Assembly (NCBI GenBank): GCA_002683785.1 | Contig: NYUB01000029.1 | Location: 1 to 57,354 of the forward strand | DNA from: Deltaproteobacteria bacterium | GTDB lineage: Bacteria; SAR324; NAC60-12 | Length of the DNA: 57,354 nucleotides | Direction: 5' to 3' | Shown: positions 38,089 to 46,281 of the stretch, piece after piece | Position numbering within the stretch: position 1 is the stretch's first letter | Layout: every line of letters starts with the position of its first letter | Made by a program: the position numbers and the translations under genes | The notes under the pieces: generated by a model | Databases searched by the model: none | The model's input: the letters and a program-made list of their open reading frames with translations, nothing else | Told to the model about the DNA's origin: nothing

Positions 38089-40152
38089 ATGGCCGAACTG
38101 ATTCCCTACCCCTTTGCGGCACTGATCGAACGGATGTTCAGTGAACTCGAAACTGCTGAATCGATCTTTGACCTTCCCCGAAAGAGTTTTTTCCTCGGCA
38201 AAGAAGGCCGGGACTATTCGGTGCCCTTTCACGATAAACGTGCACCTACACCGCTTGGGCCTGCTTCTGGTCCACAAACCCAGATGGCACAGAACCTGGT
38301 ACTTTCGTGGCTCAGCGGCTGCCGCATCCTAGAGCTCAAGACGGTACAGATTCTGGATGAACTGGAAATCCCGCGTCCCTGTATCGACATGGAAACCATT
38401 GGCTTCAACGTCGAATGGTCCCAGGAACTCAAGCTAGAGCAGTCTCTTCATGAATACGTCAAAGGGGCGATGCTGATCGAGATCCTCAAGGCTTCAGGGA
38501 AGCTGAATATAGCTCCAGGATTTGGCGAAGTGATCTATGACATGAGTGTCGGTTACGATCTCAAGGGAATCCAGACTGAACGGGTTCAGGACTATATCAT
38601 GGGGATGAAGGATGCATCCGCTGTGGTGGAGCACTTCCGCAAGCAGATTCCGGAACGTTTTAGGCAGTTCCGTGATCTTGATTTTCCCACCCGTCTTTCC
38701 AACTCCCTGACTTTAAGTACCTTCCATGGATGCCCACCAGATGAAATTGAGAAAATCATTGATTTCCTGCTCCGTGAACATTCTCTGAACTGCATCATCA
38801 AGCTCAACCCGACCCTTCTTGGTGAGGAACGGGTTCGTGAATTACTCCAGGACATGATGGGTTACCAGGAGGTGAACGTTCCTAGCAAGGCCTTTGAAAC
38901 AGACACTTCCTGGGAACAGGCTCAGGGATTTGTGCAACGGCTCGGAGAAACAGCTGACCGGCTGGGGCTTGGATTCGGGGTAAAGTTCAGCAACACACTG
39001 ATTGTGGAAAACCACCGCAGTTTTTTTCCTGAATCGGAAAAGGAGATGTACCTTTCCGGACCCCCGCTGCATGTGCTGGCGACTAATTTGGTCGACCGTT
39101 TCCGTATGCGCTTTGGAGATCGCTATCCGATCTCATTCTCTGCAGGAATCGATCGCAAGAACTTTGCTGATGCCGTTGCCATCGGACTCACTCCCATTAC
39201 CAGCTGCAGTGACCTGCTCAAGGCTGGAGGCTACGGAAGAGCCAGTACCTACTTCCGTGAATTGGACTCCCGTATGGACCGGCTGGGAGTGAACAGCATT
39301 CCAGATTACATCATCAAATCCTATGGCAACGCAGAACAGGCACTTTCAGAATGCGGAATGGATGAAGGGGACTCCCGCCTTGATGCCTGCCGGGAGGCAC
39401 TCCAAAGTGGATCATCACTGAGGGACACCGCAGGTCCCGATCTTTATGCAAACTGGCTTTCATGTGCGAAGCTTCTCAACACCCATACTTATGCCGGGCA
39501 GGTGACCGGTGACGAACGCTATGCGTTTTTAAAAAACAGCAAAGCCCCAACCAAGGTTGGTTCCATGCTCGAGTTGTTTGACTGTCTGACCTGCGACAAG
39601 TGCATTCCGGTTTGTCCCAATGATGCCAACTTCATGCTTTCCATTCCTCCAGAACAGATTGCAGTGAAAACCTTTACCCTCAATGACGGCAATTGGTCTA
39701 TGGAGGAGACTGGGAAACTAAATCTTGAAAAGAAACACCAGATCGCGAACTTTGCCGATTTTTGTAATGAATGTGGAAACTGTGACATCTTCTGTCCAGA
39801 AGACGGAGGCCCCTATGCGCTCAAACCCCGTTTCTTTGGAAGCCGTGAATCGTTCCAGGAATTCAGTGATCATGAGGGGTTCTTCATCGAAAGGCATTCC
39901 GGGGGAGATACGGTACTCGCACGTTTCCAGGAAAGTGAATACGAAAGCACCCTCCAAAATGGTCAGGTGTATTTCCGCGGTCCTGGATTCAACATCCAAT
40001 TTGATGCCGATAATCCGGAACAAACTATTTCCGGCGAAGCCGAAGCATCGGTCGATCTGACCCGATATGAAATCATGGAAAAAATACGGTGGGGCATTCT
40101 TGAATCCGGACATGTGAACTACGTCAGTGTTGTCGCGCAAAATCAAAACTGA
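38089..40152 (+). CDS. YgfK-like Fe-S oxidoreductase: N-terminal TIM-barrel (DHOD/DPD-like) half plus 2x[4Fe-4S] ferredoxin, without a GltD-type NAD(P)H-flavin module
   Basis: 687 aa. GPASGPQTQMAQN...ELKTVQ resembles the YgfK N-terminus. Two CxxCxxCxxxCP motifs (CLTCDKCIPVCP, CNECGNCDIFCP). Confidence 0.6.
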   Translation: MAELIPYPFAALIERMFSELETAESIFDLPRKSFFLGKEGRDYSVPFHDKRAPTPLGPASGPQTQMAQNLVLSWLSGCRILELKTVQILDELEIPRPCIDMETIGFNVEWSQELKLEQSLHEYVKGAMLIEILKASGKLNIAPGFGEVIYDMSVGYDLKGIQTERVQDYIMGMKDASAVVEHFRKQIPERFRQFRDLDFPTRLSNSLTLSTFHGCPPDEIEKIIDFLLREHSLNCIIKLNPTLLGEERVRELLQDMMGYQEVNVPSKAFETDTSWEQAQGFVQRLGETADRLGLGFGVKFSNTLIVENHRSFFPESEKEMYLSGPPLHVLATNLVDRFRMRFGDRYPISFSAGIDRKNFADAVAIGLTPITSCSDLLKAGGYGRASTYFRELDSRMDRLGVNSIPDYIIKSYGNAEQALSECGMDEGDSRLDACREALQSGSSLRDTAGPDLYANWLSCAKLLNTHTYAGQVTGDERYAFLKNSKAPTKVGSMLELFDCLTCDKCIPVCPNDANFMLSIPPEQIAVKTFTLNDGNWSMEETGKLNLEKKHQIANFADFCNECGNCDIFCPEDGGPYALKPRFFGSRESFQEFSDHEGFFIERHSGGDTVLARFQESEYESTLQNGQVYFRGPGFNIQFDADNPEQTISGEAEASVDLTRYEIMEKIRWGILESGHVNYVSVVAQNQN

Positions 40153-40197
40153 AAATGAGTATCAAGTCTATCAAAAGTTAATGAATCAAAGGCCTAA

Positions 40198-42753
40198 ATG
40201 GAATTTTATCTGAACGGAGAAAAAAGAAATTACGATGGGGATCCGGACCTCAACCTGATGGAGTACTTGAGGAACACGGAGAAGATCATCTCTCCCAAGG
40301 ACGGTTGCTCTCCTGAAGGGGTCTGCGGCTGCTGTACGGTATTGCTGGACAACAAAGCGGTCAAATCCTGCATTTCGGCGATGAAACGTGTTGAAGGTAA
40401 GCAGGTCTTGACCACGGAGGGGCTTTCTCCAGAAAAAAGGGAAACGGTGGTCAATGCCTTCATGGAAAAAGGAGGACTGCAGTGCGGATTCTGCACCCCA
40501 GGTATTTTGATGAAGGTCTGGCCTCTTTTTGAAAAACCAGAACAGCCATGTCGTGAAGATTTTGTCAAAGCCCTCAACAGCAACCTTTGTCGATGCACCG
40601 GTTTCAAGAAGATTGTCGACTCGTGCATGCATGCAGCCGATGCTTTCCAGCAAGGGAAGCAACTGACCTTGCCTGCTTACTCAGGAAAACTGGGGGATTC
40701 CCTGCCCAAATATGATTCGAAACGGCTCGCTACAGGCCATGCTCCTTATGTTGCCGATGTGGAGTTGGAGGGAATGCTGCACGGAGCTCTAAAGTTCAGC
40801 GATCATCCGCGTGCCAAAGTGCTTTCCATCGACCTTTCCGAGGCAAGCGAACATTCTGGTGTGGAGAGCATTCTGACCTCCGAAGACATTCCTGGAGCAC
40901 GTCATACCGGGCTCATAGTTCAGGACTGGCCGCTGATGATCAAAGCCGGGGAAGAAACCCGTTATATCGGTGATGTCCTTGCAATTGTGGTGGCAGACAC
41001 GGAGAAAAATGCGAGGGAGGCCGTTCAAAAAATCCAGGTCGACTACGAAGTACTCACTCCGGTGACGGATCCTAAATTAGCTCTAGAGGGGAGTAGCCCC
41101 CAGGTTCATTCCAAGGGCAACATTCTGTCAGATGCAGAAATCCATCGAGGTGATTTGGAGAATGCCCGACAAAAAAGTGCCTTCATCTCCAGTGGGACCT
41201 ACTCTACCCAGCGTATCGAACATGCGTTCATGGAGATGGAATGTTGTCTTGCAACCCCTTGGGAACAGGGGGTTGAGGTTTATTCTCAAAGCCAAGGCGT
41301 TTACGAAGACCGCAAAAGTATCAGCAGTATCCTTGGACTTCCTCAGGAACAGGTACGCGTGAAGCTGATGCCCAATGGTGGAGGTTTTGGAGGAAAAGAG
41401 GATCTTTCGGTTCAGGGTCATGCCTCCCTGGCGGCCTTCCTGTTGAAAAAACCGGTTCGTGTCGCCCTCACTCGTGAGGAATCGATCTGCATGCATCCAA
41501 AAAGGCATCCGCTGACGATGGATATCGAGATGGGCTGTGACAGCATGGGTCGTTTCACTTTCGTGAAAAGCGACATCATTGGCGATACGGGAGCCTATGC
41601 ATCGGTGGGCATGAAGGTATTGGAGCGTGCTGCAGGACATGCAAGCGGGGCCTACCATGTCGATACGGTTGAGGTACGTAGTAGAGCAGTATATACCAAC
41701 AACATTCCCTGCGGTGCTATGCGAGGATTCGGGGTAAACCAGATCAATTTCGCAGTTGAAAGCTGTGTCGATGAACTCTGTGAGATGGGAGGATTCGATC
41801 GCTGGCAGATCCGCTACGACAACGCCCTCACCCCCGGAGGCATGACCTCTACAGGACAGGTACTCCATTCCGGAATAGGTATCCGCAAAACCCTGGAAGC
41901 GGTCAAGGATGTGTTCCAACAGTCCAAATATGCTGGAATCGCCTGCGGCATCAAAAACACCGGAATCGGAAACGGGGTTCCGGATACGGGAAAGGTGAAG
42001 ATCGTGATCGAATCCCCGGAACGCATCCTGATCCACCAGGGTTGGACCGAAATGGGCCAAGGCGTGTATACAATGGCGGTGCAGTTCTTCTGCGAAGTCA
42101 CTGGGCTTGCACCGGAACTGGTTGAAGTTCGCGTGGACACCTCCGAAGAGAGTGAAAGTGGTATGACCACCGCCTCGAGGGGAACCTCCATCATCGGGCA
42201 CAGCGTGATCGATGCAGGACGAAAACTGAAAGCCGACCTGGACAAGCATTCCCTTCAGGAACTGACTGGAAAGGTTTATGAAGGCGAATGGACCTGCGAT
42301 TGGACCACAGCCCTTGAATCCGGTACGGAAAACATCCAGACTCATTATTCCTATAGCTATGCGACACAGGTAGTCACCCTCGATGATTCTGGTAAAGTCG
42401 ATACCGTTTATGCCGCTCATGATGCAGGACGGATCATAAATCCCACCCTGTTCGAAGGACAGCTTGAAGGCTCGATTCACATGGGGCTGGGCTATGCACT
42501 GACGGAGAACATGGCGATGGAAGGAGGATTCCCGATACACCGCAAACTGGGCAAGATGGGGCTTATCCGCTCTTCTGCCACTCCTAAGATTGTTGTCATC
42601 GGTGTCGAGGAACCTGATGAAAACGGACCCTACGGAGCCAAGGGGGTGGGAGAGATCGGACTTGTTCCCACTGCCTCTGCTGTGGCCAACGCCTTCAAAA
42701 GTTTCAGCGGCGAACGGCAATATTCCCTTCCACTCAAATCAGTCAAAGGTTGA
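40198..42753 (+). CDS. xanthine-dehydrogenase-family molybdenum hydroxylase with fused N-terminal 2x[2Fe-2S] domains (XdhD-like)
   Basis: 851 aa. Cys motifs CSPEGVCGCCTV, GLQCGFCTPG and NLCRCTGF, then the large MoCo-binding domains (GGGFGGKE, GAKGVGEIG). Confidence 0.8.
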   Translation: MEFYLNGEKRNYDGDPDLNLMEYLRNTEKIISPKDGCSPEGVCGCCTVLLDNKAVKSCISAMKRVEGKQVLTTEGLSPEKRETVVNAFMEKGGLQCGFCTPGILMKVWPLFEKPEQPCREDFVKALNSNLCRCTGFKKIVDSCMHAADAFQQGKQLTLPAYSGKLGDSLPKYDSKRLATGHAPYVADVELEGMLHGALKFSDHPRAKVLSIDLSEASEHSGVESILTSEDIPGARHTGLIVQDWPLMIKAGEETRYIGDVLAIVVADTEKNAREAVQKIQVDYEVLTPVTDPKLALEGSSPQVHSKGNILSDAEIHRGDLENARQKSAFISSGTYSTQRIEHAFMEMECCLATPWEQGVEVYSQSQGVYEDRKSISSILGLPQEQVRVKLMPNGGGFGGKEDLSVQGHASLAAFLLKKPVRVALTREESICMHPKRHPLTMDIEMGCDSMGRFTFVKSDIIGDTGAYASVGMKVLERAAGHASGAYHVDTVEVRSRAVYTNNIPCGAMRGFGVNQINFAVESCVDELCEMGGFDRWQIRYDNALTPGGMTSTGQVLHSGIGIRKTLEAVKDVFQQSKYAGIACGIKNTGIGNGVPDTGKVKIVIESPERILIHQGWTEMGQGVYTMAVQFFCEVTGLAPELVEVRVDTSEESESGMTTASRGTSIIGHSVIDAGRKLKADLDKHSLQELTGKVYEGEWTCDWTTALESGTENIQTHYSYSYATQVVTLDDSGKVDTVYAAHDAGRIINPTLFEGQLEGSIHMGLGYALTENMAMEGGFPIHRKLGKMGLIRSSATPKIVVIGVEEPDENGPYGAKGVGEIGLVPTASAVANAFKSFSGERQYSLPLKSVKG

Positions 42754-43850
42754 AGTTGCGGAAGCTTTATCTTTTTGCTCTGGGTGGAAACGAAATTTCA
42801 CCAGTCCTAACCGATCCTGAAACCGGGAAGATGGTTAACCCGGACCTGCCCGCCCAATGGAGGCAGGCCTGGAAAACCTGTGAAAAACTGGCAGAATTCA
42901 TCGTTGCCCATCAGGAAAACGCCTACCTCCTTTCTCACGGCAACGGCCCCCAGATCGGTAACATACTGCTAAGGTCGGAATTTGCTGGGGATATGATTCA
43001 TAAACTACCCATTGATGTATGTGGAGCCGACACTCAAGGAGCTTTGGGTTATATGCTGGCACAGCTTTCTAACTCACTGCGTGTAAGGGGGTTGGACCTT
43101 AAAACGGCAGAGATCATCACCCAGGTCATCGTGGACCACGAGGACCCCGCTTTCCAGGATCCCACCAAGTTCATTGGTCCGCCGATGACTTGTGAGGAAG
43201 CTGCAGAATATCAGAAGAACCTTGGTTACCTGTGCCGTTATTACAAACTCAATGATCAAGGAAAGGAGATCTGGAGACGTGTGGTACCCTCCCCCAAACC
43301 CAGGGAAATCATCGAGATCGACATCATTGAAAGCTGCCTCAACTCAGGCAACATACCTATCGCAGTTGGAGGAGGAGGAATTCCGGTGGTCGAAGTAGAA
43401 GCGCAAAAAGAAGGGAATCTGGAACACTATCCCTGCAGCTATGACATCACCTACCAGAAACCAGTAGATGCACCCCCCGCCAAAGTCTTTTGCGGTGTCG
43501 AAGGGGTGATAGATAAGGATCTCTCCTCCAGTCTGCTTGCTACCAGTCTGATGGAACGTGCCCAAAAAAGAGGCGAGGACCTCCAAGTCGAACTCGTGAT
43601 CCTCACTGATGTCGACGGTGTCAAACTCAACTATCAGCAACCTGACCAGGAGGATGTCCGTAGCCTCAGTCTTGCTGAAGTGAAAGAACTCCAACAATCC
43701 GGAATCTTCCCCAGTGGTAGTATGGGGCCCAAAATCGAGGCCGTCATCGCCTTCCTCGAATCCGGAGGCCAAAAAGCGTACATCACCAACATCCAAGTCC
43801 TTGAACAAACCTTTGCTGGCCAAGCCGGGACTCAGTTTCTGTCCAGCTGA
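42750..43850 (+). CDS. arcC: carbamate kinase (longer than canonical)
   Basis: LFALGGNE, HGNGPQIGN, GGGGIPVV and VIDKDLSS motifs. 366 aa versus about 310 in canonical enzymes. The TTG start overlaps the upstream TGA. Confidence 0.8.
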   Translation: MKLRKLYLFALGGNEISPVLTDPETGKMVNPDLPAQWRQAWKTCEKLAEFIVAHQENAYLLSHGNGPQIGNILLRSEFAGDMIHKLPIDVCGADTQGALGYMLAQLSNSLRVRGLDLKTAEIITQVIVDHEDPAFQDPTKFIGPPMTCEEAAEYQKNLGYLCRYYKLNDQGKEIWRRVVPSPKPREIIEIDIIESCLNSGNIPIAVGGGGIPVVEVEAQKEGNLEHYPCSYDITYQKPVDAPPAKVFCGVEGVIDKDLSSSLLATSLMERAQKRGEDLQVELVILTDVDGVKLNYQQPDQEDVRSLSLAEVKELQQSGIFPSGSMGPKIEAVIAFLESGGQKAYITNIQVLEQTFAGQAGTQFLSS

Positions 43851-43996
43851 ACATCCCTTTTTCCTAAGGCTGTACCCATCTGCTTTCCAGCAGACGGAAA
43901 TTAAGTTGACAGCTTTCGTCCGGGATGAGGGCCGTCCAGGTTCCTTGTTTCCAGCCAGTTAAGCTTCAGGAGTGGAGGGAAATTCCCGAGATGATT

Positions 43997-45250
43997 TCAA
44001 GGGCTGGTTTGGATTTTAAGAAAGAGTGAACCGATGGCTCCCGCCAGTGAAACTGTAGCGGCAGCAAGGAATCCTGGCCCGTAACTCAGAAAGTAATCCG
44101 CCATCCAGCCTGCCAGCAACGGGCCCAGAGACTGCCCAATGCCAAAGAAGAGGGTAATGAAACCCAAAGCAGCGGAGGCCATGTGAGGTTCGAGCACATC
44201 TCCGCAGGCGGCGGCCATGATGGCCGGGATGCTCCACGCGGTGAAACCGAAAATCAGTGCTGACATAAAAAATCCGGAAGGTGTCTCGGACAGCCAAAAT
44301 AGGGCGTAGGCAACAGACTGCAGAAGGTACACAAGAAAAAGGGATCTGCTGCGGCCGATACGGTCCGAAACACTGCCCCAGATCACTCCACAGAAGAGGC
44401 TGACCCAACCGATGAGCATGAAAAGCAGACTTGCTTCATCATGAAGGTAGTCCTGCTCACGGATTAAATAGACGACGAAAAAAGAGAGGTAGATGATGTA
44501 GGAAAAGCCGAAAGCGACATAAATCACTCCCAAATGCCAGACTTTCGGAGAACGGTAGATGAGATTCCAGGAGATGCGACTTGTGTTGCCTGGAACGGCT
44601 GTGGGAATTTCTGCGGGGAGACTACCACAGGGCTTCAGAGATTTTTCATCCGGGTGATCACGGAGCAAAAGCAGGGCTGCCAATGAGAGCAGCAGGCAGA
44701 GAACGCCGAAAACCAACCAACAGGTCCTCCAACCTTCCTTTTCGAACATTTCCAGTAGTTCCGGCACCAGCATACCAACAAGGACCAATCCCAAGGAAGA
44801 ACCGCTTACGGCTATCCCGGCTGACATCCCGCGTTTTCTTGAGGCAAACCAGAGTGAAAGCAGGCCCATTACGGGTAGGTTGCTGGCTCCACTGCCAATG
44901 CCTGTTACCCCGCACCAGAAAGTAGCCCAGCCAGGATCAGAGACCATCCCGGTCATCCACATCCCCAAACCGCAGAGCGCCAGCCCAAATGAAATCACGA
45001 TCCTCGGCCCATAACGTGTGGCCAGGGCACCTCCGACGGCGGAGAAGAAAAGATAACCACCAAGATTGGCACTCACGAGTAGCCCGGTTTCGGTCTGGTC
45101 CAGTCCAAGGTTTTCCTGCATCGCCGGCAGCAAAACACTGTAGCCGAACCGTGCCAGGCCCAACGATGCGAATACCGTCATGAATGCCATTAGCAGAATC
45201 AGCCAGGCATAATGAAAGGACGAAGCCTTTGAAGGGGATTCCTTCATCAT
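43997..45250 (-). CDS. MFS transporter (YbfB-like)
   Basis: 417 aa with about 12 hydrophobic helices. FGYSVLLPAMQENLGL near the N-terminus. Confidence 0.8.
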   Translation of the reverse strand: MMKESPSKASSFHYAWLILLMAFMTVFASLGLARFGYSVLLPAMQENLGLDQTETGLLVSANLGGYLFFSAVGGALATRYGPRIVISFGLALCGLGMWMTGMVSDPGWATFWCGVTGIGSGASNLPVMGLLSLWFASRKRGMSAGIAVSGSSLGLVLVGMLVPELLEMFEKEGWRTCWLVFGVLCLLLSLAALLLLRDHPDEKSLKPCGSLPAEIPTAVPGNTSRISWNLIYRSPKVWHLGVIYVAFGFSYIIYLSFFVVYLIREQDYLHDEASLLFMLIGWVSLFCGVIWGSVSDRIGRSRSLFLVYLLQSVAYALFWLSETPSGFFMSALIFGFTAWSIPAIMAAACGDVLEPHMASAALGFITLFFGIGQSLGPLLAGWMADYFLSYGPGFLAAATVSLAGAIGSLFLKIQTSP

Positions 45251-45405
45251 AAAATTATGTTCGAAATATGGAATGTGTTTTGTCGTTGGACGGCAGCTAC
45301 AAGTTTGCCTGCTTTTCCGGATCCTTCAAGTGCCACTTTTCTTTCTAAACTCCTGATAAAATCTGCCGATAAGAGAAAAGAGTCCCTTTCAATTTAAGGA
45401 GGAAT

Positions 45406-45561
45406 ATGAATCGAAATCTTCATCAATTTTCCTCAGACTTTCATCCTGAATCGGTTCTGGGGCCGTTGCGGAGTTTTTTCGAGAGAAATCAGGAAAGCGT
45501 AAATACCGCTCTGATGGTGGCAACCCTGATGATCGTGGTAACTTCCGTCTGGCTGATCTGA
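45406..45561 (+). CDS. candidate 51-aa tail-anchored small protein (below the ORF-track cutoff)
   Basis: AAGGAGG ends 3 nt before the ATG. MNRNLHQFSSDFHPESVLGPLRSFFERNQESVNTALMVATLMIVVTSVWLI has a C-terminal TM helix. No family recognised. Confidence 0.3.
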   Translation: MNRNLHQFSSDFHPESVLGPLRSFFERNQESVNTALMVATLMIVVTSVWLI

Positions 45562-45626
45562 AACTGCTTAAGAAGCTTGCGATAAAAGTCATTCTGCAGT
45601 GTGGAGGACTTTGTTTTCCAGGACCC

Positions 45627-46034
45627 CTAGGAAACACTCCTCTTCTTTTTTTTCCCGATCGAAAATAGGTTCTTCCATTGTCCAATTGTTTTAGCATCAA
45701 GTTGTTGTCCTGATTCGTAGCAACCCCATGGCAATCCCCCTCTCATGAAGCCTCCTGGTTTCTTAAGAAAGAACTTCAACGTCGAATCAGAAGTAAAGTC
45801 GCCCATTTCCCAAACGGCTAAGTCAAGCGGACGGAGTTGTTGAAAGGGCAAGCTCGAGTGAGACTCTACTCGTTCTTTGTGATGGCGGATTGATACAATT
45901 CGCATGAGGGAGTTTTGTGTGCCTTAGTTCGGTTCTTTACCGTATTCTTCCAAATCAGAAATCCTTACAAGGTTTTTTCCTTCTTCAGCCGTTTGAATCA
46001 TTAAAGTGTGCATAGGATACCAGGATTCCTTCTT
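45627..46034 (-). pseudogene. possible decayed gene remnant (two collinear in-frame ORF pieces split by TAA at 45924-45926)
   Basis: A 36-codon piece (46034-45927) and the 92-aa ORF (45905-45627) share one frame. LDLAVWEMGDF...FMRGGLPWG weakly recalls the GNVWEW...RGGSW end of FGE/SUMF1-type domains. Confidence 0.25.
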
Positions 46035-46281
46035 TCATTTTTTGCAGAAAGAACAATTCAAATGCATATCCTTCCCATTTGATGAAGAAAATGGGATAAA
46101 ATATTCACAAAACTTTCTCGCTAAATATGCAAAAAAACCTATAATTTGTCTTTGTGAGGATGAACGACTCACCAATCTATCATGAATATCAAAGACTGTT
46201 AGATTACAATGAGTTAAACAGAAACAATCCGTTTTTTAAAATAAGTCATTCCCAGCCAAACTTATTTATCAGGGAGGAACC

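Noticed and set aside
41128-42720. 530-aa ORF antisense to the Mo-hydroxylase gene.
   Set aside because: The sense-strand product has unmistakable 2Fe-2S and MoCo-domain motifs over its full length. The antisense translation is low-complexity, rich in Ser, Arg, His and Phe, with no recognisable motif. It is a typical shadow ORF in a GC-richer gene.
36720-43850. Labelling the hydroxylase cluster selenium-dependent, or looking for selenocysteine recoding.
   Set aside because: No selD, yqeB, yqeC or selA/selB genes are in the window. No ORF is interrupted by an in-frame TGA with a downstream continuation, and I could not identify a SECIS-like hairpin.
34679-45250. Higher GC in the uvrC-to-MFS block (about 55-60% in sampled 60-nt lines) versus about 30-42% in parC, dnaN and the liv genes. 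Considered as evidence for a horizontally acquired island.
   Set aside because: Sampled lines in core genes such as serA and uvrC are equally GC-rich (57-62%), so composition varies gene by gene. No integrase, tRNA or direct-repeat boundaries were seen. A sliding-window GC and codon-usage calculation would be needed to revisit this.
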